A stretch of 57,933 nt of DNA, taken from assembly GCA_044344255.1 (NCBI GenBank), contig JBIJDH010000034.1:1-57933 (forward strand), in the 5' to 3' direction. This DNA is from Myxococcota bacterium (GTDB lineage: Bacteria > Myxococcota_A > UBA796 > UBA2385). Each line of letters starts with the position of its first letter. Within the stretch, counting starts at the first letter, position 1. Shown piece by piece: positions 8,962 through 17,503 of this stretch. The notes under the pieces were generated by a model. The model searched no databases. It saw only the letters and a program-made list of their open reading frames with translations, and was not told the DNA's origin. The position numbers and the translations under genes were made by a program.

Positions 8962-11900
8962 CTACAGCAGGTCATCGCCATCGCCCACCTCCCCCGGTGC
9001 GGACTGCGACTCATCGTCCTCGCCGATCTCGACGAACGCCTCACGCTTGATGACGACGCAGCGTTGCCGCATGTTGGCCCCAATCGTGACCTTCGACCGC
9101 ACGTGGCCGGATTCTCGCTTGAGCCACCCGCGTCGGGCCCAGGCAGCGATGATGCCCTCCGGTTCGTGACGGAGTTCGCGGAGGATCTCGTCCAGCCGCG
9201 TTGGGAGGAATGCAATGCTGGGCCAGTCCTCCGACATATCCCAGGCGCCGGCCCAGCCGCGGAGCGGCTGCGGAGACTCGCTTTCGCTCGGCCGGCGTTG
9301 ATGTCGGCCCCAGAATTCCCCCTGGTGACTCGTCGCCCAGGAGCGAATCTGCTCCAGCGCTCGCTTCGGAGGGTCGGCCTCGTGCATCGAGGTGACGCTC
9401 GCATTCCAAACAGCGCGCAATACCCCTTCCGGATCGCCCGCAATCCCGAGAACGGTGTGCACGAGGCCACCCGCCAGCTCCAGGCTCGCGAAGTAGGCTG
9501 CCATGCGGCTCGCGACCGGGTGGCCATTCGCGACCAGAAGCCAGGCATTATGCCGCTCTTGAAATTGCTCGCGTAGCTTGTGGAGTTCCGGCCACCGCCG
9601 GTGCAGCTCGAGAACGATCATCGGTCCGGCATGACCGTAGTGGCGCAGGACGGCGGCGTTGAGCTCCGCGGTGAGGCTGGCCGTCTGATCTGTGACGGTC
9701 CCGAATGGCGATCCGGGAAGGACGATCACCCGTGCGCGGGCTCCTCCGTCTTCGGTGAACGAGTTGATCGCGCTCTCGCCTGTAGAGAGCATCACGGTGC
9801 GCCAGCTCCCCGTCTGTCGCATGCCATCGACGCTACCACGGCCGCGCCCCTTTCCACTTGTAAAGTCATAGATCACCTGAGAAACGACCTTCGGCTGCCT
9901 CGCCCGCTTGGTGTCATCGATGATGAAGGGCAGATTCCCCAGCAAGGCCGCCATCCGCTCTATGGACACGCGGGTCTGGTCCCAGGTGGACAGCATCCCG
10001 CCGGCACGCTCGTCGGGGCGGCCCCAACAGGACGCCGCGATCCGCAACACGGTCGTCTTGCCCCGCGAGGTCTCGCCGCTCCAGTCGATGATGAAGTTCG
10101 GTGCATCCGGCAGAAACGGCATCAAGATCGGAACAATCGCGGCGTAGATCGCGAGCACAACATTCGGATAGGGCAGGCAGCGTTTCACCGCTTCCCGCCA
10201 CTTCTCGAAGCTGCCTGCCCCAACAAATGCGGACACGATTTGCCCGCCACCGTCATCGTCTGGAATATGCAGGTAGATCGAGTTGTCCTGCCAGGTGTCG
10301 GGGGTCGTCTGATCCAGCCTTCCACCACTCTGGGCCTGGTCGTTGAGCGGATGGTCGCTACGAAGCAACCGGCTTCCCCAAAGAAAACCACCTTCGCCCG
10401 TACCATCAACCCAGCCCATCACTTGCGAGACGCGCGCACGCGGGAGAACGGAGATGTTCGCGCTCTCGAAGGCCGCCATCCAGCCAACGATCCCGCCTGC
10501 ATTGAGTGTGTGGACGGGTAGGTCGTACCTAGCCAGGGCGAGAATCTTCGCCTTGTCCGCGACATGGTCGCGCATCACCAGGCGGTGGTGCCAGCGGCCG
10601 CCGTAGACCCAGGTCAGGCGCACCGACGTCGTGCCGGAATGCACATCCACCGTCCGACCCGTGATGAGGAGGGGCGCGGTGCAGATCAACTTCTCCTTCG
10701 ACTCGCCTCCAGGGCCTCGAGAAACCTCCACGACCCCGCCTTTCAGCGTGACCGCGAAGGGGTGAGGAACCACCAGGCGGTTCGCCGAGGGGATACCGGG
10801 AACCTCAATCCCCAGCATGGATCCCTCACCCCCGCCCTCGGCGTCATCTCCTTGCTTCGCCTCTCGGCGAAACCGGGTCGCCTGCTTCTTCAGCATCTCC
10901 TCGAGCTTCTTTGCTGGGCCGCCGAGGCCATGCCGATCGCCGATCTGCTCGATGGCGGCCTTCATCGCCTCGGGACGGGCGGCGTAAGCAGCCACCAAGA
11001 GGCTCATCTCCGCTTTATTCCTCATCACCTCCTCGATCGCAGCTTTCGCTTGGCGCTTGTCCACTGCGTCCTGCACCTGCTGCGCGAGGACCTCGATCGA
11101 GGCGATTCCTTGAGCGACCGGGTCGGCGCTCGGTGCTCGATGACCGAGATCGGTGAGAACGATGAGCTGCTCGACGGTAAGCACGCCAACCTGCGAAGCG
11201 AACCTGCCAGAGGTGAGCCGCCATGGGCGCTCGGCGAGGTTGTCGCCCTCCGCCGCCAGGGTGCCCAACACATGCACGCGGGCCCCAGGGCGGCCACCCT
11301 CCATGCTGATCTCAACTACCGCCGTGGCGTATGCCGCGATGATGCCATCGAGCGCCTTACAGACGAGCTCCCGGTTTTCCACCGTGGGGTCGAGATCCGG
11401 CAGGCGATATACGAGCTCCCAGCCGGCCCCATTGCGCCCGGCGAAGGCCGGGCTCGGCAGGCCGGCCTCCAAGAGGCCGTCGTTCAGTTGGTGGGCGACC
11501 ACGGTGGCGGCCTCAACCTCCTCCTTCGTCGCCGAGACGCCGAACGGCCGCTTGGCCTCGATGCGAACGACGAGGTGCCGAAGGCACTCGATGTCGTCGT
11601 CCGCGGCGTAGGCCGGCGACCCAGGCTTGAGCCGGTTGTAGCTCCGCGCTCGCAGGGTGGGGTTCACCGGATTCACCGTGATCCACACGTCGGCGGCGTC
11701 CGCTCCCGTGATCCCTATGCATTCGTGCACCAGGGCGGTGGCATTTCCGAAGTACCCGGCTACCTTCCCCCACAAATGAGCCGGACCCTTCTTAACACCC
11801 CCGAGCCGGACCTCAAGCACTTCGCCGGCCCGCGCGAGCACCTTCCACAACGCCCGCGTCTGCTCCTCTGGGGTCGAAGGTTTGAAGAAGGCCGGCGTAA

Positions 11901-12378
11901 ACTCCTCGCTCCGCTCTCCCGCAGTGTTGCCGTCCGAAGGGGCCCCCGCCTCCGTCTCCACCTTCGGCTCGATTGAAGTCCGCTCCGCCTCCGTTGCCGG
12001 TACCCCCGCCGCAGAGACAGCCTCGTTGTCCCCCTGCGCCTCATTGCCGCCTTGCTCGGCGGGCTCCGGAAGCACCTCGGGTGGATAATTGGCTTCGATG
12101 CGGGCGGTCGTCGCCGGGACGCCGTCGGCCACCATCGGGGCCTCAGGTGGCGACGTGGGTGGACCATCGCCGGAAGGCCCGCCCGACTCAGGCTCCTCCC
12201 GGTCGCGTGGGGGCGGGGTGACAGCGGTGGCGTTCTCGGCCGGCTCACCGACGCTCCCGGTGGCATGCTCACCGGGGGTCGAAGCGGGCGCGTTGTTGTC
12301 GTCGATCACGGGCTTCTCATGGGGTGGAGTGACGAATTGCGTGGTTGCGGGGGATGCGCACAGGTGGCGAGGCGTCAC
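8962..12378 (-). CDS. DUF927 primase-helicase-like protein with degenerate N-terminal primase domain
   Basis: DUF927 region (ICTAPLLITGR...SQVMGW), Walker A SGETSRGKTT, Walker B FIIDD, GKGRGRG, LSTGE, HYGHAG. GTG at 12378 overlaps the xis stop. Confidence 0.88.
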   Translation of the reverse strand: MTPRHLCASPATTQFVTPPHEKPVIDDNNAPASTPGEHATGSVGEPAENATAVTPPPRDREEPESGGPSGDGPPTSPPEAPMVADGVPATTARIEANYPPEVLPEPAEQGGNEAQGDNEAVSAAGVPATEAERTSIEPKVETEAGAPSDGNTAGERSEEFTPAFFKPSTPEEQTRALWKVLARAGEVLEVRLGGVKKGPAHLWGKVAGYFGNATALVHECIGITGADAADVWITVNPVNPTLRARSYNRLKPGSPAYAADDDIECLRHLVVRIEAKRPFGVSATKEEVEAATVVAHQLNDGLLEAGLPSPAFAGRNGAGWELVYRLPDLDPTVENRELVCKALDGIIAAYATAVVEISMEGGRPGARVHVLGTLAAEGDNLAERPWRLTSGRFASQVGVLTVEQLIVLTDLGHRAPSADPVAQGIASIEVLAQQVQDAVDKRQAKAAIEEVMRNKAEMSLLVAAYAARPEAMKAAIEQIGDRHGLGGPAKKLEEMLKKQATRFRREAKQGDDAEGGGEGSMLGIEVPGIPSANRLVVPHPFAVTLKGGVVEVSRGPGGESKEKLICTAPLLITGRTVDVHSGTTSVRLTWVYGGRWHHRLVMRDHVADKAKILALARYDLPVHTLNAGGIVGWMAAFESANISVLPRARVSQVMGWVDGTGEGGFLWGSRLLRSDHPLNDQAQSGGRLDQTTPDTWQDNSIYLHIPDDDGGGQIVSAFVGAGSFEKWREAVKRCLPYPNVVLAIYAAIVPILMPFLPDAPNFIIDWSGETSRGKTTVLRIAASCWGRPDERAGGMLSTWDQTRVSIERMAALLGNLPFIIDDTKRARQPKVVSQVIYDFTSGKGRGRGSVDGMRQTGSWRTVMLSTGESAINSFTEDGGARARVIVLPGSPFGTVTDQTASLTAELNAAVLRHYGHAGPMIVLELHRRWPELHKLREQFQERHNAWLLVANGHPVASRMAAYFASLELAGGLVHTVLGIAGDPEGVLRAVWNASVTSMHEADPPKRALEQIRSWATSHQGEFWGRHQRRPSESESPQPLRGWAGAWDMSEDWPSIAFLPTRLDEILRELRHEPEGIIAAWARRGWLKRESGHVRSKVTIGANMRQRCVVIKREAFVEIGEDDESQSAPGEVGDGDDLL

Positions 12379-12746
12379 GGCTGGACGCCACGGGCCGCCC
12401 GCGGGGGAGGAGTCACCGCGGCTCCGCCAACGGGGATCGGCTCCAAATCGGCCTGGACAGCGGCATGCGGGGGTTTGCCTGTAGAGGCGGATTGTGCATT
12501 GACCGAGGGGGCGGTGCACCCCGGCGTGACCGCCTCTCGGGGCGTCGCCGAATCGGCCAGGCCCTGCGCCTGGGCGTCGAGCCAAACGACGAGATCGCTC
12601 CGGCGGTATCGCCGGCACCCGCCCATCTTCAGGGACGGCAGACGGGCTTGCTGAGCCCAGCGGTACACCGTGGAGGGCGAGAGCCGCAGGAGAGCCGCGG
12701 CCTCATGGACGTCAAGGAGTTCGGGGGTCGCAGGATCGTTTTCCAT
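12375..12746 (-). CDS. excisionase-like helix-turn-helix DNA-binding protein (HTH_17/MerR-like)
   Basis: LLDVHEAAALLRLSPSTVYRWAQQARLPSLKMGGCRRYRRSDL. Confidence 0.88.
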   Translation of the reverse strand: MENDPATPELLDVHEAAALLRLSPSTVYRWAQQARLPSLKMGGCRRYRRSDLVVWLDAQAQGLADSATPREAVTPGCTAPSVNAQSASTGKPPHAAVQADLEPIPVGGAAVTPPPRAARGVQP

Positions 12747-12785
12747 GCTGACCAACGACCAGTCCAGCGTAAGTCTGGATAAAGC

Positions 12786-13997
12786 GTGCCTATGGCGCCC
12801 ATGTCCCAGAAAATGTCTGACCTGCCCCGAATCGTGGAGGCGGCGGTGGAGACCATCGAGGAGTTCCACGCCGAAATCGCTGCTCGTGACGGCGCTACCG
12901 CCATCCAGAAGCGGCTACGGCGGCAACGCGCCCCCACCCGCTTCGATGCCCACGTGCTCGCCCCGCTTGACCTCGCCTTCGCGGCCTACGGCCTTGACAC
13001 CCGTTCCTCGGGTGCTCGGCAGCGACGGGCGGCCTACGAGATGTGGATCGGCGTGCCGCGAGGCATTAGAACCGACCCCATCGGGCCGATGCCCGCCACG
13101 ACAGTCTCGAAACCCTCGTGGGGGATCTACGGCTTCTTGCTCCTCCTGCGTCCCCCGCTTGATGCCGGGTGCGTCATCGCGCTGGGGCACGGAACGGGGA
13201 CGATGGGGCAGCTGCAAGAGCGGCAGCGCAGCTTCGACCAAGCGCACCTTTCCACACCTTGGCGCTGGCTTCGCCCCGGCCAAGAACCGATTCCCCCGAT
13301 GGGCGCTTGGGGCGGCTTGAGCGGAGGCCCCCCTCTCCACCCCTGGTTGGCCGGCTTCGAGCCCAACGCCGCTCTCCAGCCCCGGCTGCGGCCGCTCCCG
13401 GTACGTGGGATCTTCCTGCAGGTCAATGAGTCGGCCATGAAGGGCGTGGAGCTTGGGCTAATCATCGCCTATGCCCTTATAGGCTGCGATGTTCTGAAAG
13501 GCAGCGAGGTGCCACAGGTGCATAGGGCGCTGAAGACGTGGGTACTTTCAGAGTTCGGTACAGACCCAGCTGTCTCGCAGGACGCCCTGGACGCGATCAT
13601 CCCCCGGGTGCATCGACAGCTCCCCACCTTTCAGTTGCCAGCACCACGTTCGCTTCAAGCCTATTTGCGGAAGGCGGTCGTCCGCGAGACACTGGTGGGC
13701 GCGTTGGAGATTTCCCCGACCGACGAGGACGGGCTCGCGCTTCTTCCCCTTGCTGATGAGCAGATCGGGGCCGATGAGGAACTCATCAAGGCGACACGGC
13801 ACGCACATCTACCCGAGGCGCTTGCCACTCTGCCGAACCTGGAGAGAGAGGTGCTCGAGTTGAAGTTCGGCCTGGGTGCCGGCGGCAGGGAGCTTTCGAA
13901 CCAGGACATCGGGCGTCGTCTCGGGATTACCACCGAGGCCGTCGAAGCGCTGGTACTGCGCACAACGGAGCGGATGCGCGCGCGCATGGAGGAGTAG
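12786..13997 (+). CDS. protein with C-terminal sigma-70 region 4-like HTH
   Basis: LATLPNLEREVLELKFGLG...ELSNQDIGRRLGITTEAV. N-terminal part unrecognised. Start could be 12792, 12801 or 12813. Confidence 0.72.
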   Translation: MPMAPMSQKMSDLPRIVEAAVETIEEFHAEIAARDGATAIQKRLRRQRAPTRFDAHVLAPLDLAFAAYGLDTRSSGARQRRAAYEMWIGVPRGIRTDPIGPMPATTVSKPSWGIYGFLLLLRPPLDAGCVIALGHGTGTMGQLQERQRSFDQAHLSTPWRWLRPGQEPIPPMGAWGGLSGGPPLHPWLAGFEPNAALQPRLRPLPVRGIFLQVNESAMKGVELGLIIAYALIGCDVLKGSEVPQVHRALKTWVLSEFGTDPAVSQDALDAIIPRVHRQLPTFQLPAPRSLQAYLRKAVVRETLVGALEISPTDEDGLALLPLADEQIGADEELIKATRHAHLPEALATLPNLEREVLELKFGLGAGGRELSNQDIGRRLGITTEAVEALVLRTTERMRARMEE

Positions 13998-14381
13998 CGC
14001 CCCGGGGGGGGCTGCGGACGGCAGAGGCAGGCGCATTCAACACGTCGCCCCAGCCAACCTGACTCTTCTTCGTGCTCGGCGCGGCAGCGGGGTGCCCAGG
14101 CGTCGTGGGGTCTGCGCAGATCGCACACGAACCGCTACTCGTCGGCGGTCGCTCTCGCCGGGTCGAAGGCGAGTTCCTTGGCTACGGTCACCAGCACCGC
14201 CCGGGCCAGGCCGAGGGGAAGGGCGCCCCTCAAGACTTCGGCGGCGACATGTACTGCCTCGGCCCCGGCGTTGCCTACGTGCTGCGATCCGCCGGCCTCG
14301 CCCCCCCCACGGAACCGGTGCCCGCCGAGCAAAGGAGCTGGTGGGCCGAACCGCTCGGATTCAATTCCGCGAGGGGGGACA

Positions 14382-14906
14382 CTACGATCTGGAGGTCGCA
14401 CGGTGGTTGCCTTCGCTGTAGGCGACCGGCTCCAAGGACCACCAACGAAGCTCCCCTTCAACGGCGGCCAGCACCAAAATGACCTCCGACCTCCTCAATT
14501 TCGCCCGCAGGGCCGCCGCCAGGACCTCCACCGCAAGCCTCTCCATCGCCGCGGGCGCGGCTCGGAAGGTCCCTCCAGCGTCCCCCGGGGGGCGCCCCAT
14601 GGCCGCGCCAGCCGCCCCGGCTACTCCTGCCACCCGGCCGAGGGCGTAGCCGAGCCGCAGCCCGGCCTCCCCTCGCCGCGTCGCCAGCAGGCGAGCCGTC
14701 TCCTCCACTTCCAGCATCAGGGAGCACCAGAGGCTCGGCGGCTGAGCCCCCTCCGCCATCGTCCGAACCCTCTCCAACACGACCCGCAGCCCCGCCTCGG
14801 CGCTGGCGAGCTCGCCTCCCCCGACCAGGACAAGGAGTTCATCCAACACCTCCCCTGGAAGGGGCGGGAGCCGGTGGTCGGGGAGCGGACCTTCGGGGAT
14901 GGACAT
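14382..14906 (-). CDS. hypothetical helical protein
   Basis: Protein-like composition. ATG at 14906 with GAGGG RBS. Confidence 0.55.
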   Translation of the reverse strand: MSIPEGPLPDHRLPPLPGEVLDELLVLVGGGELASAEAGLRVVLERVRTMAEGAQPPSLWCSLMLEVEETARLLATRRGEAGLRLGYALGRVAGVAGAAGAAMGRPPGDAGGTFRAAPAAMERLAVEVLAAALRAKLRRSEVILVLAAVEGELRWWSLEPVAYSEGNHRATSRS

Positions 14907-15127
14907 GGCGGCGCCCTCGTCCCGCACCCTGGCTTCGCGCGGCAGGAGGGTCGAGCGCGGGCCTTCGGATTCTCAAGACCACCGCGGCTTCCGGCGGCAA
15001 CCAGGATGCGCTCTTCCATGGTCCCGGCGAGGCGACCCGACGAGGGACTCCTCCAGCGCCCGGGGTAGCCGTCGGCTCTACGGGGCGCCCTTTCGCCGGT
15101 TTCGGCACAGTCCCCCAAGTCCGAGCC

Positions 15128-15479
15128 ACGCTACGCTACCCGAGAATCCCCATTGAGGGGACGCTACTGGGTACGCACACTACCTGACCTCCTTCGTCCG
15201 CGCCGCGGTCCCGGCACAGACTCGCTTCACGAGGAACCCGTCGCTACCCAGACACCTCCTCTTCCAGCCCTCTCCTCAAAAGGCACCATTCATCGGTCGA
15301 TACGCCCCGGACTTCCAGGGTCAGCACGGCCGCATGTCCCCCGAAACTCTCGATAGCCATGGATCTTCGATCCATTTTCCGAAAAGCGCATGAATGAGAA
15401 AAACACCCATGCTGGGCGCCAAGTAGTCGGCTACGCTACGTGCGCGTGGGACCGCTCCTTGTGGCGACCGCAACGCTAC
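15128..15479 (+). repeat. clustered ACGCTAC heptamer repeats in a divergent intergenic region
   Basis: Exact copies at 15128, 15133, 15161, 15433 and 15473. CGCTAC at 15242. Confidence 0.7.
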
Positions 15480-15510
15480 TCCAGACACTCAACAAGAAAG
15501 GTCCCTCACG

Positions 15511-16227
15511 ATGTCCGGTCGATCCTGCTGGGCCGAGGCCGTCCCCCTCGTAGACTGGCTCATGCGCGTGCATCAGCAGAAGGAGAGCACCGCGAGCCAA
15601 TACGCGAAGCTGCTCTCCGGTGCCGTCAGCCGTGGAATCGACCTCGACGATGAGGCCGCCTTCCTGGCCGACGCGGAGCTTTGCGCCGCGCCAACCCGCG
15701 GACCGCGAAGGACCGCCTTCAAGCTCTGGCGGGAATACCAGGCGGCAACCGGCCAGAAAACTCCCCCCGCCTCGGAGCCGGCGCCGGAGCCCACGCCGAC
15801 CGCCTACCGCGAGCTCCCGAGCTGGGACGCCGTGCCCACGCCCATTCACCCGCCGGAAGTGTGCGCGGCCATCGCCGTGCTGCTCCGCATCCCCACACTG
15901 AGCCCGAGGGTGCTGGAGCGCCTCCGCTGGGGACATCTCCTCCGGACGAGCGACAGCTTCGTCTTCATCGACGACGTGGAGGCCACGGTGTCGCCACCGC
16001 TGACCAACGAACAGAAGCGCGCCCTCGCGGTGCTGTACCACTGGGCCGGGGTCCAACAGCTCCTGGCCCCCATCGTGCCGGTCGAGCCCGGCTCCTCCAC
16101 GGCGGCGGGCCACCGCGAGCTCTACGCCGCGCTCCGATTTGTAGCCGAGCCGCACCGCTCCCTGACGCCAGCGCCAGCGCCGATGCCTTCGCCATCCAAC
16201 ACCCCGCCTCCCGAGGCCCACCCATGA
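15511..16227 (+). CDS. hypothetical protein, paralogous to the next gene; degenerate tyrosine-recombinase-like segment
   Basis: AAIAVLLRIPTLSPRVLERLRWGHL...PPLTNEQKRALAVL. ATGA-coupled to the next ORF. Confidence 0.65.
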   Translation: MSGRSCWAEAVPLVDWLMRVHQQKESTASQYAKLLSGAVSRGIDLDDEAAFLADAELCAAPTRGPRRTAFKLWREYQAATGQKTPPASEPAPEPTPTAYRELPSWDAVPTPIHPPEVCAAIAVLLRIPTLSPRVLERLRWGHLLRTSDSFVFIDDVEATVSPPLTNEQKRALAVLYHWAGVQQLLAPIVPVEPGSSTAAGHRELYAALRFVAEPHRSLTPAPAPMPSPSNTPPPEAHP

Positions 16228-16985
16228 CACAGGAGCCCAACGAGCCCGACGTGTTCGACGTCTTCGGCGCGTTCGCGCCGCCGCCGCCGGTCACCAGGAG
16301 CTACCAACTCGGCGGCGCGACAGAGCCTTGCGGCCCCAATCCCGTTCGGCCGGGTCAAGACTTGGTCTACGACTTCCAGTTCCTCGGCATTCTCACCTCG
16401 GTGGCTTGGTTGCTCAGCAACCTCCTGGAGGACGCCACCCGGCGCGGCGTGAATCTTCGGAACATGGACGACGTAGAGGCGGACCTCGTTCAATTCCGCC
16501 CCTGGCGCCGACGCGCTCAGCGTTGGGCCTTCCTGCTCTATTACAAGGTCCTGGCGCAGCGCATCGACAACTCCACCGCGCTGGTGCCGATGCGGGCCCC
16601 CGTATGGCAGAAGCCAGCTCAACCCACGGCCGGGCACGGCCTCCCCCCGCCCCGCGACCTCGTCCCCGATGATGAGTTGATGGCCGCCCTCTGCATCCTC
16701 GCCCGCCTCCCCCGCCTCGACGGCCGTGCCCTCCAAATGCTCCGCTGGTCCGACATCCACACCACCTGGCGGATGACCTACATCAACAACCCCGTCACCG
16801 GTCGAGGGACGCCCTACCTGACCTGGGAACAGCAGGAGGCCCTCGCTACCCTTCTCGGCCGGGCGCTGCCGGCCGACTCCCTGGTGCCGATCGACCCGGA
16901 CTCGACCTTCCTCCCCCTCTTCCGCGACATGAACCGCCTCCCGCGCCCTGCCCCGTCACGCCGGCCCAGAACCAAGAGGAACTGA
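16224..16985 (+). CDS. hypothetical protein, paralogous to the previous gene
   Basis: MTQEPNEP start at 16224. AALCILARLPRLDGRALQMLRWSDI...PYLTWEQQEALATL. Confidence 0.65.
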   Translation: MTQEPNEPDVFDVFGAFAPPPPVTRSYQLGGATEPCGPNPVRPGQDLVYDFQFLGILTSVAWLLSNLLEDATRRGVNLRNMDDVEADLVQFRPWRRRAQRWAFLLYYKVLAQRIDNSTALVPMRAPVWQKPAQPTAGHGLPPPRDLVPDDELMAALCILARLPRLDGRALQMLRWSDIHTTWRMTYINNPVTGRGTPYLTWEQQEALATLLGRALPADSLVPIDPDSTFLPLFRDMNRLPRPAPSRRPRTKRN

Positions 16986-16987
16986 CC

Positions 16988-17018
16988 ACCCCGAGCCCCC
17001 CGCGGGGGGCGCCGGGGT
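16988..17018. terminator. GC hairpin between convergent genes
   Basis: cccc-gag-cccccc-gc-gggggg-cgcc-gggg. No clear U-tract. Confidence 0.3.
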
Positions 17019-17021
17019 TGC

Positions 17022-17381
17022 CTACCGCGCCGCGTCGAGGGCCTCGAGGTAGGCCCGCACCACCTGGAGGGCTCCCGCCCTTTCAGGCGGCGTCCGATCC
17101 CGCAAGAGGCCCAAGAGCTCGTCCATCTCCGGCGACAGCGGTGGCCGGCCATCGAGGTGCAGCATGCCCCCGAGGAGGCCGTCCAGGTCCGTTCCGAGGG
17201 CCTCCGACAGCACCACCAGGCGCTCCAGCGGTGGGGTTCGCTCCCCGCGCTCGAAGCGACCGATCGTCTCCGTCTCCAGCGGTGGCCGGGCCCGCTCCGC
17301 GAGCTCCGCTTGCGTGAGCCCGGCCGCGACCCGAAGCTGCCGAATTCGCGCGCCCACGCGCTTTCCGATGCTGTCCGCCAT
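17022..17381 (-). CDS. XRE/Cro-family transcriptional regulator
   Basis: IGKRVGARIRQLRVAAGLTQAELAE...TIGRFERGERTPPLERLVVLSEALG. Confidence 0.92.
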   Translation of the reverse strand: MADSIGKRVGARIRQLRVAAGLTQAELAERARPPLETETIGRFERGERTPPLERLVVLSEALGTDLDGLLGGMLHLDGRPPLSPEMDELLGLLRDRTPPERAGALQVVRAYLEALDAAR

Positions 17382-17503
17382 TCAGGCCTCTGGCGGAGGC
17401 TACGGGCGGGCGTCCTCCCACAACAGGATCAAGACGGACGCTCCATTGTGGAAACATGCACAACATGGTTGGATGTGCGACCGATGCCCGGCCAGAGGTC
17501 CCC

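Noticed and set aside
8205..9548. N-terminal 448 aa of the 838-aa ORF as part of the polymerase
   Set aside because: It overlaps the DUF927 gene out of frame and runs through the structured spacer, with low-complexity Arg/Pro/Gly composition. A better start is at 8204.
14135..14461. 108-aa minus-strand ORF with a protein-like C-terminal half
   Set aside because: It overlaps the 14382 gene and has no convincing start. It may be a fragment but cannot be supported.
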